A stretch of DNA of 64,000 nucleotides. Origin: a virus (lineage: Duplodnaviria > Caudoviricetes). A program made the translations under genes and the position numbers. The notes beneath the pieces were generated by a model. The model was not told the DNA's origin and ran no database searches. It saw only the letters and a program-made list of their open reading frames with translations. The DNA lies in the IMG/VR virus record IMGVR_UViG_3300031088_000782, positions 96,001-160,000 of that record. The stretch is one strand, 5' to 3'. Shown here in pieces: positions 18,383-29,179 of the stretch (the first letter of the stretch is position 1; the number at the start of each line of letters is the position of its first letter).

Positions 18383-20410
18383 TTGGATAAATTCTCAGAT
18401 TACGCAAACACAGCAGAAAACTCTTACCAGGTCTCTTTAGAGCTTAAAATGGTAGATCAAGACAGTTCTTACCTGCCTATGATGTATGAAAACCTTCCAC
18501 TCGAATTCAAAAAGGAATTGGACGATTTAGCGTCTGAACTTCTTGATCCAGATCGTGGACATGTAGCTGTTATCGGTTCATCACAGTCAGGTAAGACTTT
18601 TTTGATCAATCAACTTGTTGGAAATTTTGATCGATACCTTGACAAACTCAATAGAGATGTCATGCACTTTGTCCGAGTTGACGAAGATGATCTGTATGAC
18701 ATTATGGCACTTCCTAACCGTTACAGTACATATATTGACAGTATTGTAGATGAACTTCAGTGCTCGGAAGCTGACATTTGTTTTGTTACAGAAAATGTCG
18801 AAGTTGCATCAAAATTGTTCTCTTTCTCAAAGCGTTCACGCATTATTTTCGAAGCAAGCCGTTCAACATTTGTCAACATCGTCAATGCAGAAAACTCCGG
18901 AGACACTAAAATGTGGGCTAGCTGGAGATATGTGGATGTGACAGAGATTTTCATTAAAAAACAAGAACTTATTGATACCGTTTATCTTGCTTTAAATGAA
19001 AGAATTAAAGAAACATTCAATGTTGATCTAACAAAGAAAATGATTGCAATGTTCGTCAGTCATGCTTTGCGCAAGATTCCCGGATTGGTTGGAAAAGAAG
19101 GATATACAAAAGGAAAAATCCTTGCCCCTCTCGGCGTTTGGTTGGTTACTCTGAGAAGAATGGGAGGAATTCTTGGGCTTGCAGAGTCCAATTCCTTCCA
19201 GGATAAAAACGGAAAACTTGTTTTAGGAAAAGTCATTAATAACATTTTCCAAGACAATCAGGAAATTCTTGAATCATACATTGAAGAAGAGTTCCCAGAA
19301 GATTCAGATAACAGTATTCTTATTCCGCTTCCTGGTGGTCAATTCGTCAAAATTCCTATGCCACCGATGGCTAATCCTTTTGACGGAATTCCAGGGTTGG
19401 AGAGTTCTAGCGAAGAGAATATTCTTCAAGAGATCGATAAGAACCAGAAAGTTCAATTTAAAAACATTGATGAACTTGGCGATAAGCTGAAAAAAGAAGT
19501 TATCGGTCAAGATGATGCAGTTAAAGAAATCGTTGATGGTTTGGTTGTTCCAGCAGCCGGTTTGAATGATCCTACTAAACCAATTCGTTCAATGTTCTTC
19601 CTTGGGCCTACTGGCGTAGGTAAGACTAAGATGGCGCAAACTCTTGCTGAAGAAATTGCAGAAAAGCCTCTTAACCTTGTGAGAATCGACATGAGCGAAT
19701 ATTCTCAGCCACATGAAGCTTCAAAACTTCTTGGTGCACCTCCAGGATATGCCGGATTTGACAAGGGAGGCGTTCTTACAAATGCTATCAGTCAGAACCC
19801 ATGCTCTCTCATTCTTCTTGATGAAATCGAAAAAGCAGATCCGAAGATTTGGGATAGTTTCTTGCAGATTCTTGATGCAGGTAGAATGACTGATGGGACA
19901 GGAAATGTAGTTGATTTCACTCAAACAATTATTATTATGACCTCAAATTTGGGAGCAAAAGAAAACCAGAAGTCTCTCACCGGATTTAACACCGGAATGG
20001 AGAATGAGGATGAAAAGAATCAGAAAGCGAAAAAGGTCACAATGAAAGCATTGGAAGACAATTTCCGTCCTGAACTTATTAACCGTATTGACGAAATTAT
20101 CAACTTTAATGAAATTTCTAGAGATACAGCTCTTCAGATTGTAGCTAAAGAAGTTGGGATCCTTTCTGATAGAATGAAGAATTCAGGATATACTCTTGAA
20201 GGTCTCTCTTCTGATATTTTGGATGAGGTTCTTCTTCGTTCTAATATTGCAAAATATGGAGCAAGGGATATCCAAAGAGTTATTTTGAAAAGCATTTCAA
20301 ATCCTGTTGCTTACAGTATGGTGACAAACAAAAATGACGATAATAGTAATGTTTTTTCGCTCTTTATAGATAATGATAAGAACATTTCAGTTAAACGATC
20401 ACTGAAATGA
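18383..20410 (+). CDS. ClpA/ClpB-like AAA+ chaperone
   Basis: GPTGVGKT, IDMSEY, LLGAPPGYAG, LLDEIEKA, GRMTDG, FRPELINRID; degenerate first AAA domain (GSSQSGKT). Confidence 0.85.
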   Translation: MDKFSDYANTAENSYQVSLELKMVDQDSSYLPMMYENLPLEFKKELDDLASELLDPDRGHVAVIGSSQSGKTFLINQLVGNFDRYLDKLNRDVMHFVRVDEDDLYDIMALPNRYSTYIDSIVDELQCSEADICFVTENVEVASKLFSFSKRSRIIFEASRSTFVNIVNAENSGDTKMWASWRYVDVTEIFIKKQELIDTVYLALNERIKETFNVDLTKKMIAMFVSHALRKIPGLVGKEGYTKGKILAPLGVWLVTLRRMGGILGLAESNSFQDKNGKLVLGKVINNIFQDNQEILESYIEEEFPEDSDNSILIPLPGGQFVKIPMPPMANPFDGIPGLESSSEENILQEIDKNQKVQFKNIDELGDKLKKEVIGQDDAVKEIVDGLVVPAAGLNDPTKPIRSMFFLGPTGVGKTKMAQTLAEEIAEKPLNLVRIDMSEYSQPHEASKLLGAPPGYAGFDKGGVLTNAISQNPCSLILLDEIEKADPKIWDSFLQILDAGRMTDGTGNVVDFTQTIIIMTSNLGAKENQKSLTGFNTGMENEDEKNQKAKKVTMKALEDNFRPELINRIDEIINFNEISRDTALQIVAKEVGILSDRMKNSGYTLEGLSSDILDEVLLRSNIAKYGARDIQRVILKSISNPVAYSMVTNKNDDNSNVFSLFIDNDKNISVKRSLK

Positions 20411-20431
20411 AACTACTGAATGGAGTAATGT

Positions 20432-21379
20432 ATGTCACAGGATTTTGGCATAGACAATGAAGGTCAAGGATTTGATTTCGATGATGACGATGAAACAGAT
20501 CTTGACAAACTGCTTGACATAGCTGGGCGAACATCTGATGCTGATGACGATGATGATTCAGTGCTATTCTTCAATGATGACAAAAAAGAAGAACCACAGA
20601 CACCAGTTTATGAAACAACAAGCAGAGTGCAAGATAATAACGAATCAGATGATTCTTCTGTAGAAGTTGAAGATAATTATGATGATGTTGAAGAAGTCGT
20701 TGTTGAAACACGCCCGGAGCCAGTTGCTTATACTCCAGAGCCAGATAATAGCTATCAAGAGATTCAAAGACAAGAGCCTGAACCTGCAGAGACTCCGCAA
20801 GCAAGGGAAAGGGAGACTGAAGTGCAACAACAATATGTTGCATCAGTCTCCCAGCCTGAGCCTGCAGTTCAAGAATATTCTTACAATAATTACGAAACAA
20901 GCCGACCTAGCCCTAGCATTCGTAAGGTAGCTATAAAATCAGAAGCAGAAGAGATCAGAGAAACACGTAAAGTTATTAAAATTCTTGACACTTACAGAAA
21001 TCTTCAAAGTGATGCCAGAAATATTGTTTCTCAATTCTTAGATAATGATGACATGGATGATGAATCCACACTTGTTGTCAAAGTTTTGAGAGCCGATCCT
21101 ATGTTTGCGAAAACAATGGCAGCTTTGAAAGATTCTGCAAGTCAAGATGATAGGGTTGAAAGAGTATTCTATATTCTGCGTCTTAATACAGAAGTTCTTC
21201 ATAATTTAGGAAAACTTGTTGGAACTTTGACAGATGAAGAAGAGGAAATTCCAGGAATAGGCGACAGTATTGAATATTCTAAGAATGTAGAAGAAGCAAT
21301 CAATGGAATCGACAAGAAAATCATCGGTTATGTCTCAGCAACACAATCGGTTCTTGCCGCTGCAGAAGATGAAGAGTGA
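20432..21379 (+). CDS. acidic hypothetical protein
   Basis: D/E-rich disordered N-half, helical C-half. Confidence 0.7.
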   Translation: MSQDFGIDNEGQGFDFDDDDETDLDKLLDIAGRTSDADDDDDSVLFFNDDKKEEPQTPVYETTSRVQDNNESDDSSVEVEDNYDDVEEVVVETRPEPVAYTPEPDNSYQEIQRQEPEPAETPQARERETEVQQQYVASVSQPEPAVQEYSYNNYETSRPSPSIRKVAIKSEAEEIRETRKVIKILDTYRNLQSDARNIVSQFLDNDDMDDESTLVVKVLRADPMFAKTMAALKDSASQDDRVERVFYILRLNTEVLHNLGKLVGTLTDEEEEIPGIGDSIEYSKNVEEAINGIDKKIIGYVSATQSVLAAAEDEE

Positions 21380-21388
21380 AAGTAGAAA

Positions 21389-24121
21389 ATGACAGAAGTT
21401 GACATTTGGGAAGATGAGCCTTTAGCTTTACCAGATCCTACAGAATTGGTGGAAGCATCTATAGAATCTACCACTGAAAAAATAGATGCTTCCATCATTA
21501 TGCCTGAAGTAGAGGGAAAGCAAATAGTCCTTACCATTGATGATGGCAACATTCATTTGTTTTCAAAACAAGATCTCATGACAGGATATTTTTTGAATCT
21601 TATTAATTTTCGAAAAGTTCAGAAAATAAACCAAACGAGTCAGTACCTTCTTCGCCTTACGCCCCTGAACGCCTTTGTTTTAAGAAGAGCGCTCATGGGG
21701 TATAAGAACATTATAAACCCCTCAGATGTCCAAATAATGGCTTCTGAGGCGGATAAAGTACCTCTCCCCGAAGCTCATTTGACAGAAGATGGAAAACATG
21801 TTGAAATTGTTGCGCCAAAAATCAAATTCTATACAGAACTTTTGTCAAAAGTAAATTCTTATCCAACTAAAACTGGTTATAGAGTTGAAATTGCAAGAGT
21901 AATGGATCTCGAAACATTATCTGAAACAACAGAGTCACGTTTCCCTAAAATAAAATTTGACAGAAAAGTTTTACAATTGAATCGTGAGCCAATAGTAGGA
22001 TTTGATGGAACATTACAGTCATTGAAAGATATCCCTATTGGGTCTCTCAATGTTGTTTCAGCAAACAATCAATCATGGAAAGCATTAAAAGGATCAAAAC
22101 AAACACTTGAAGAAAAAATGCAATCATTAGGTATTAACAGTTTGTATGATATGCTTTTCTGGCTTCCTAAAAGATATATAGATAAATCAAAACCTCAAGA
22201 TATAAGCGATCTTGTAGAAGGCGAAACAGCTGTTGTTGTTGGAAAAATTGATGAAACACACGAAATAACCGCTGGACGAGGCGGCGCAGTATTCACAGTT
22301 AAAACGAACACTGGTAACACAATACGAACAACATTCTTCAATCAAAAATGGCTGTTGTCTAAATTTTCGGTGGGAAACGAAGTTCTTGTCACAGGAAAAT
22401 TCTCTTGGTGGAACAAAAAACCTCAAATTTCTGGATCTTCGATTGAACACGCTGAAGAAGCAGCAATGCTCCCTATCGTTCCTATTTACAAACAATCTCC
22501 TTCAAAAGGAATTACTACATATTTTCTTATGGCATCAAATAGAGAACTCTTATCACGATTAGGAGATATAAAACTTCCGCCATATTTCCGACAAGAAGGA
22601 AGAATGAACTATTGTGAAGCTCTTTCTGAACTTCATTTCCCAAGCTCACTAGCAGAACACAAAAAAGCAGTTGAAACTCTTGCTTATTATGAGTTAATTC
22701 ATATGCAAATTATTGTTCAAGAGGCGAAAGAAAAATCTGAACTAAGAGCTGGATTAGTCATACCTGAAGGCAAAAGAAAACTACAAGCAAAGGGCATTAA
22801 AATGATGCCTTTTGAGCTTACTGTGTCTCAAAAACGTGCTGTTGTCGAAATGAATTCAAAATTAGAGAACCATTTGCCATCCTCAACTCTTCTTAGCGCA
22901 GATGTTGGGGCAGGTAAGTCAGCAATCGCTCAACTTGCTGCTTTAAGAGCCGTTGATGGGGGCTATCAGGCTGTTGTAATAGGTCCAACGGATATTCTTG
23001 CACGACAACTTTTTGAAGGCTTTAAAAAGCTTTTAGACAAGATTGAAGAAAAATTTGGAGATCACATTCCTATCATATTCATCAATGGCTCTATGAAAGC
23101 TAAAGAGAAAAAGGAAGCTTTTAAAAAGATTTCAGATGGAGAAATTTCTATTGTTGTAGGAACGCATTCTGTTATGAATTCTGTCACCTATAATAATTTA
23201 GGTTTTGTTGCTATTGATGAACAACAAAAATTTGGAGCTGAACAGAGAAGTAAACTTCTTACTTCACGCGAAGATGGAGCTATTCCAGATATCATGATGC
23301 AAACAGCAACTCCTATTCCAAGGAGCACAGCACAGGTTTTCTACGGAGACATAGATATGATAGAACTGGCAGAAAAACCGCCAGGAAGAATCCCTATTGT
23401 TACAGAATGGATTCGAGAAGACCCTAATGAAATGATAGAACAGATAACAAATAAAGTATGGGCTGACATTATCGAAGAAGCTGGAAAAGGAAATCAAACC
23501 TTCATTATTACTCCATTAGTTTCAGAATCAACAAAAATTGATTCCGCCTCTGTTGAAAGAACATACAAAAGTCTTCAGCAAATGGCTTTGAGTGGATTAA
23601 GAATAGGTTTTGTTCATGGGCAGATGAAACAAGACCTTCAACAGCAAGAAATGGATAAATTCAGAAATAAAGAATATGACGTTCTCGTTTCCTCAATGGT
23701 TGTCGAAGTTGGTGTGGATATTCCAGATGCCACAAGAGTTGCTATATTATCTGCAGACAGACTGGGAAGCGCCTCTTTGCATCAAATCAGAGGTCGTGTA
23801 GGAAGAAATTCAAAACCATCCAAGTGCTATCTTGTGTCTTTGGGGAAAACAGAGAACAGTCAGATAAGACTTCAATCTCTTGTCGACAGCGAAAACGGTT
23901 TCGATATTGCGAAAGCTGACCTTGAACTTCGTGGAGAAGGTAATATGTTCAGCACAGAACAATCAGGTAGGTCAGAAATGATTTTCGCAAACTTAGCTAA
24001 ACATCGAGACAAGATTAACGAAGCCAAAGAAGAGGCGAAGCGGATATTAAAATCACCATTCAAAGATGCAGCGATAAAAGACAGTAAAGAGAAATTCCAG
24101 TCAGAAGAGAGGATTATATAA
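21389..24121 (+). CDS. recG: RecG-like DNA helicase with N-terminal extension
   Basis: wedge/OB region, ADVGAGKS, DEQQKFG, MQTATPIPRS, EVGVDIP, LHQIRGRVGR, DLELRGEG. Confidence 0.9.
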   Translation: MTEVDIWEDEPLALPDPTELVEASIESTTEKIDASIIMPEVEGKQIVLTIDDGNIHLFSKQDLMTGYFLNLINFRKVQKINQTSQYLLRLTPLNAFVLRRALMGYKNIINPSDVQIMASEADKVPLPEAHLTEDGKHVEIVAPKIKFYTELLSKVNSYPTKTGYRVEIARVMDLETLSETTESRFPKIKFDRKVLQLNREPIVGFDGTLQSLKDIPIGSLNVVSANNQSWKALKGSKQTLEEKMQSLGINSLYDMLFWLPKRYIDKSKPQDISDLVEGETAVVVGKIDETHEITAGRGGAVFTVKTNTGNTIRTTFFNQKWLLSKFSVGNEVLVTGKFSWWNKKPQISGSSIEHAEEAAMLPIVPIYKQSPSKGITTYFLMASNRELLSRLGDIKLPPYFRQEGRMNYCEALSELHFPSSLAEHKKAVETLAYYELIHMQIIVQEAKEKSELRAGLVIPEGKRKLQAKGIKMMPFELTVSQKRAVVEMNSKLENHLPSSTLLSADVGAGKSAIAQLAALRAVDGGYQAVVIGPTDILARQLFEGFKKLLDKIEEKFGDHIPIIFINGSMKAKEKKEAFKKISDGEISIVVGTHSVMNSVTYNNLGFVAIDEQQKFGAEQRSKLLTSREDGAIPDIMMQTATPIPRSTAQVFYGDIDMIELAEKPPGRIPIVTEWIREDPNEMIEQITNKVWADIIEEAGKGNQTFIITPLVSESTKIDSASVERTYKSLQQMALSGLRIGFVHGQMKQDLQQQEMDKFRNKEYDVLVSSMVVEVGVDIPDATRVAILSADRLGSASLHQIRGRVGRNSKPSKCYLVSLGKTENSQIRLQSLVDSENGFDIAKADLELRGEGNMFSTEQSGRSEMIFANLAKHRDKINEAKEEAKRILKSPFKDAAIKDSKEKFQSEERII

Positions 24122-24741
24122 TGTATTTCAGAAAAGCTTTGGTTCGTATCCGAAAAGAATACAATCTAAACCCAAAAAGGCTTTTCCTATATTCAGGAAT
24201 CGCTGCTCTAATCTGTTCTCTTCTTGGAATTCTTTCAGATGTTTTACTACCGTTTGAATTGTGGGGAAATATTATTAGAAGCCTTGTTCTTATTCCAACA
24301 TCAATCTCAATGTTCGTTTTCGGCTACGGAGTAAGCCTGTTTCTTCATTATGCAAGAATAGCGGACAATCCAGAATGGCAACCCTTTAGATTACGCTTCT
24401 CTCCTACATGGAGAAGAAGAATATCTGCAATAGTAGCTGCAATGATGTTTGTAGGGATATATGCTAATGGATTCAGAATAGGATATACTGTAATAGCTTC
24501 TTTGTTTGTCGCTCTTGCAATTGGATTGTTTGCATTCATGAGAACTACAAAAGAAGAATCAAAGAGAGAAGAGTTGAATCTTCCTGACATCAGAGATACG
24601 CGATATGAGGAACAAATGAAAAAACTTGAAAAAGCTCGTGCCGAAAGTATCAGACAGAAAGAGATAAGACGAAAAGAACGACGAGAAAAACTTATTCACG
24701 GATCCAAAAAAGACAAGAAAACAGAAGAAGAAGCAGAATAA
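24121..24741 (+). CDS. membrane protein with charged C-terminus
   Basis: About 4 TM segments; overlaps the recG stop codon. Confidence 0.7.
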   Translation: MYFRKALVRIRKEYNLNPKRLFLYSGIAALICSLLGILSDVLLPFELWGNIIRSLVLIPTSISMFVFGYGVSLFLHYARIADNPEWQPFRLRFSPTWRRRISAIVAAMMFVGIYANGFRIGYTVIASLFVALAIGLFAFMRTTKEESKREELNLPDIRDTRYEEQMKKLEKARAESIRQKEIRRKERREKLIHGSKKDKKTEEEAE

Positions 24742-25103
24742 TTAATATGTGACAAAATTCACAATTAAACATTTTTCAACAGAATAGCTACAAACTCCCT
24801 AAAACTTGCCGAAACAGACGAATTTCAAATTTTTTGAAGTTTTTCTAATCAGTACTTCAATAAAAATACTTGTTAGAAAAACTTCAACATTACAAAATAA
24901 ACACATCATTATAAAATAATTTTTCAATGCCTAAATGTGAGATCATCATCTTTTATTAATGAATTTCTCTGATGGTTTTATTGATGAAAAATAGAATTGA
25001 AATAATGGTAGAATGTTTATTGAAAACAAAATTGAGAAAAATTTTGTTCATAGAAAATTGATAAAATCATTAGACAAGAAATACACGATAATAGGAGAAA
25101 TAC

Positions 25104-27281
25104 ATGTCATCACCAAACGATGCTTTAGAATACACAGGCAATACAGAAACAACAGAATTAGATTATCACGCACTCAATGCACAGGTCAATCTCGTAGGTG
25201 CGGATGGCAAACTGCAATTAGAATCAGATAAAGAAGCAACACGACAGTTTTTTCTTCAGCATGTCAACCAAAACACCGTGTATTTTCATGACCTTGAAGA
25301 AAAATTAGAATATCTCGTAGACAATGGATACTATGAGGAAGACGTTGTTGAACAATACGCTTTCGAATTTGTCAAATCATTGTTCAAAAGAGCATACTCC
25401 TATAAATTCCGATTCCAAAGCTTCTTGGGTGCTTTTAAATACTACTCATCTTACACACTGAAAACTTTCGATGGGAAACGCTATCTTGAAAGATTCGAAG
25501 ATCGTGTGACAATGACAGCACTCTACCTTGCAAGAGGAAACGAAAAAGATGCTGAAAAAATTCTTGACGAAATCATTTCAGGTCGATTCCAACCCGCAAC
25601 TCCAACATTCCTCAATGCTGGAAAAGCACAACGTGGAGAATTGGTCAGCTGCTTCCTGCTTAATGTAGAAGATAATATGGAATCAATCGCAAGAAGCATC
25701 ACAAACTCACTGCAACTCTCAAAACGTGGTGGCGGCGTGGCTCTCAACTTGACAAACATTCGTGAACAAGGAGCACCAATCAAGAAGATTCAAAATCAAT
25801 CATCAGGCATCGTTCCTGTTATGAAAATGCTTGAAGATGCGTTTAGTTATGCAAACCAGCTGGGCGCGCGACAGGGAGCCGGTGCTGTATATTTGAATGC
25901 TCATCACCCTGATATTATGCAATTTCTTGACACAAAACGAGAAAATGCGGATGAGAAGATTCGTATTAAAACTCTCTCTCTTGGAGTCGTTGTTCCAGAC
26001 ATAACTTTCCAACTAGCCAAAAAGGGTGAAGATATGTATCTCTTCTCCCCATATGATGTTGAGCGAGTTTACGGAAAACCTTACTCTGACATCAGTATCA
26101 CAGATAAATACTACGAGATGCTTGATGACAAGAGAATTCGTAAGACAAAGATAAAAGCAAGAAGCTTCTTCCAAACTCTTGCAGAAGTTCAGTTCGAATC
26201 AGGATACCCATATATCATGTTCGAAGATACTGTTAACAGGGCAAATCCGATTGATGGAAAAGTTAAAATGTCGAATCTTTGTTCAGAAATTCTCCAAGTT
26301 TCAGAACCAGCAACATTCAAAGAAGATGGAACCTATGAAAATGTTGGTCGAGACATCTCTTGTAACCTTGGATCTTTGAACATTGCTAATGCTTTCGATT
26401 CACCAGATTTCGGTCTGACAATCGAAACAGCAATCCGTTCATTGACAGCAGTTTCAGACTTGTCAAACATTTCATCAGTTCCCTCAATTGAAAACGGTAA
26501 CAATCTTTCACATGCAATTGGTCTTGGACAGATGAACTTGCATGGATTCTTGGCACGAGAGCACATCCACTATGATTCTCCAGAAGCAGTAGATTTCACA
26601 AATCTCTATTTCTACGCTGTTGCATATGCAGGGATCAAAGCCTCTAACAAGATCGCTAAAGAACGTGGAGAAAAATTCTACGGATTTGAAAAATCAGCAT
26701 ATGCAAATGGCGAATTCTTTGAAAAATACATTGAAAAAGATTGGACTGTTGCTAAAACTGAAAAGGTAGCAAACTTAATTCACCGTTCCTCAATTTATTT
26801 GCCAACACAAGAAGATTGGGTAAAACTTGCGGAAGATGTTAAAGAATATGGATTGTATAATGCGTATCTTTTCGCTGTGCCTCCGACTGGCAGCATTTCG
26901 TATATAAATAATTCAACAAGTTCCATTCATCCAATTGCGGCACCTATTGAAGCACGTAAAGAAGGAAAAATTGGTCGAGTTTATTACCCTGCACCATATT
27001 TGAGTGATGATACTCTTCCTTACTACCGTGATGCTTATAAGGTTGGTCCAGAGGCAATTATTGATGTATATGCAGCGGCAACTCAGCATACCGATCAAGG
27101 GCTTTCTCTTACCTTGTTCTATCCTGACACTGCAACAACGAAAGATTTGAATAAGTCCTATATTTATGCATGGACAAGAGGAGTTAAAACTCTTTACTAC
27201 CTCCGACTTAAAAACTCTTCTCTTTCTGAGACTACTGTGGAAGGTTTAGCCAACGATTTTTGTGAATCTTGCCAGCTTTGA
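25104..27281 (+). CDS. nrdE: class Ib ribonucleotide reductase alpha subunit
   Basis: [43 protein letters not shown]-terminal CESCQL. Confidence 0.97.
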   Translation: MSSPNDALEYTGNTETTELDYHALNAQVNLVGADGKLQLESDKEATRQFFLQHVNQNTVYFHDLEEKLEYLVDNGYYEEDVVEQYAFEFVKSLFKRAYSYKFRFQSFLGAFKYYSSYTLKTFDGKRYLERFEDRVTMTALYLARGNEKDAEKILDEIISGRFQPATPTFLNAGKAQRGELVSCFLLNVEDNMESIARSITNSLQLSKRGGGVALNLTNIREQGAPIKKIQNQSSGIVPVMKMLEDAFSYANQLGARQGAGAVYLNAHHPDIMQFLDTKRENADEKIRIKTLSLGVVVPDITFQLAKKGEDMYLFSPYDVERVYGKPYSDISITDKYYEMLDDKRIRKTKIKARSFFQTLAEVQFESGYPYIMFEDTVNRANPIDGKVKMSNLCSEILQVSEPATFKEDGTYENVGRDISCNLGSLNIANAFDSPDFGLTIETAIRSLTAVSDLSNISSVPSIENGNNLSHAIGLGQMNLHGFLAREHIHYDSPEAVDFTNLYFYAVAYAGIKASNKIAKERGEKFYGFEKSAYANGEFFEKYIEKDWTVAKTEKVANLIHRSSIYLPTQEDWVKLAEDVKEYGLYNAYLFAVPPTGSISYINNSTSSIHPIAAPIEARKEGKIGRVYYPAPYLSDDTLPYYRDAYKVGPEAIIDVYAAATQHTDQGLSLTLFYPDTATTKDLNKSYIYAWTRGVKTLYYLRLKNSSLSETTVEGLANDFCESCQL

Positions 27282-27312
27282 CAAAAATAGAGAAAAATTA
27301 TAATTAAATACT

Positions 27313-27369
27313 AAAACAAAATAAACACTACTGAAATGTTATTTAATTCAGTAGTGTTTATTTTGTTTT
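27313..27369 (+). terminator. long perfect hairpin
   Basis: 23-bp aaaacaaaataaacactactgaa / ttcagtagtgtttattttgtttt. Confidence 0.75.
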
Positions 27370-27415
27370 TTGATATAATAAGATTAAGGAATATTTTTTA
27401 AAGGATGGATAAAAC

Positions 27416-29122
27416 ATGACTGAAAAGAAAATGTTGAATAATTATCCAGAATTAATTTCAGAATGGGATTGGGTTAAAAATCAAAAATTAAATGTTGATG
27501 AACTTTCTTGCGGAAGCAACAAAATAGCTTGGTGGATATGCCAAAAAGGACATTCTTATGATTCAAAAATTTCGACAAGATTTAAAACTAAAGGATGTCC
27601 ATATTGCTCTAACCAAAGAATATTAGCTGGATATAATGATTTTGAAAGCCAGCAATCGGATCTTATGAAATTTTGGAATTTTTCAAAAAATACAGTAAGT
27701 CCTAAAGAAATTAGTCCAAGAAGTGGCAAAAAAGTTTGGTGGATTTGCGAAAGAGGACACGAATATCAAAGTTCACCTCATTTAGTATCCACAGGAAGAA
27801 AATGTTTGTACTGTTCAAATAAAAAAGTATTAACTGGATTCAATGATATATTAACAGTCAATCCTCTTTTACTAAATAGGTGGTCTGATCGTAATTCTCT
27901 ACCAATAACTGAATATCTTGCTGGAAGCAACAAAAAAGTTTGGTGGATTTGCAAAAAAGAGCATGAATTTGAAGCACCAATTAGAAATATGGTAAAAAAT
28001 CCTGACATTTGCGCTATTTGTTCAGGGAAAAAAGCCCTTTCTGGTTTTAACGATCTTTCTACTATAAGACCAGAGCTTTTGGAGTTCTGGGATTTTAAAA
28101 AGAACAAATATTTACCTTCAGAAGTAACAATTGGTAAATCCTCTGACAAGACTTACTTTATTTGCAAGAATAAACATTCTTTTTCTATGACTCTTGCTGA
28201 TATCAATCAAGGTAAATGGTGCTTACAATGCTCTATTGATTCTTATGTTTCAAAACCAGAAAAAGAAATTTATGAATTTTTAAAAAGTTTATTTAATGTA
28301 AACATAGAGCAATCAAGCAGATCAATCATCTCTCCTTACGAACTTGACATATATTTACCTGATTTTCAAATAGCTATTGAATTCAATGGGTTATTTTGGC
28401 ATAATGAAAAATATATGAAAATGACAAATAAAAAAAATATACAATATTACCATTTCAATAAATGGAATATGTGTAGAAAACAGGGGATTCAGCTTATCAC
28501 TGTTTGGGAGGATGATTGGCGAGATAATAGAGATGTTGTCAAAAGCATGATTGCTCATAAACTGAATTTTTCAAGTAATGCAAAAATTTATGCAAGGAAA
28601 ACTGTTGTTGAAAAAATTTCGGCAAGTGCTGCAAAAACTTTCCTCAATTCATATCATATTCAAGGATTCAAAAATGGGTGTGCGAACATTGCTTTGAAGT
28701 CTCTTGATGGAGAAATTGTCGCTGTGTCTCAATTATCTTTCAATAAGGGAGAATGTTCTATTGAAAGATATGCCACTTCGTGTAATGTTCCTGGTGGATT
28801 CACTAAAATTGTAAAATATATTGAGAAAACATATTCTGAAATTGGTTCTATTTCAACGTTTTCTGATAATGAAGTTAGTGATGGTGGTTTGTATTCGAAT
28901 AATGGCTTTGAAGTTGATTATTTTGTCCGACCTGATTATAAATACATTTATGAGAACAAACGTTTTCATAAATTCAATTTCAGAAAAATTCGTTTTGAAA
29001 AGGATCCTGAATTGTTATTTGAAAAAGATTTGACGGAAAATCAATTGGCTGATTTGAACAATATCCCCCGCATATGGGATTCAGGAAAAACGAAGTATAT
29101 AAAGAAACTCAATAGAGAATGA
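27416..29122 (+). CDS. zinc-ribbon-repeat endonuclease (4 repeats; DUF4379-like + Vsr/DUF559-like + Hef-like C-terminus)
   Basis: Repeats EW..KN..WW.C..GH..CxxC..GFND; ELDIYLP..AIEFNG.FWH; ERYAT; RIWDSGK. Confidence 0.8.
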   Translation: MTEKKMLNNYPELISEWDWVKNQKLNVDELSCGSNKIAWWICQKGHSYDSKISTRFKTKGCPYCSNQRILAGYNDFESQQSDLMKFWNFSKNTVSPKEISPRSGKKVWWICERGHEYQSSPHLVSTGRKCLYCSNKKVLTGFNDILTVNPLLLNRWSDRNSLPITEYLAGSNKKVWWICKKEHEFEAPIRNMVKNPDICAICSGKKALSGFNDLSTIRPELLEFWDFKKNKYLPSEVTIGKSSDKTYFICKNKHSFSMTLADINQGKWCLQCSIDSYVSKPEKEIYEFLKSLFNVNIEQSSRSIISPYELDIYLPDFQIAIEFNGLFWHNEKYMKMTNKKNIQYYHFNKWNMCRKQGIQLITVWEDDWRDNRDVVKSMIAHKLNFSSNAKIYARKTVVEKISASAAKTFLNSYHIQGFKNGCANIALKSLDGEIVAVSQLSFNKGECSIERYATSCNVPGGFTKIVKYIEKTYSEIGSISTFSDNEVSDGGLYSNNGFEVDYFVRPDYKYIYENKRFHKFNFRKIRFEKDPELLFEKDLTENQLADLNNIPRIWDSGKTKYIKKLNRE

Positions 29123-29179
29123 ATTGTCTAATTTGTTAAAATAATTATAAATTAATTATTGAATAAGAGGAGGGTTATT

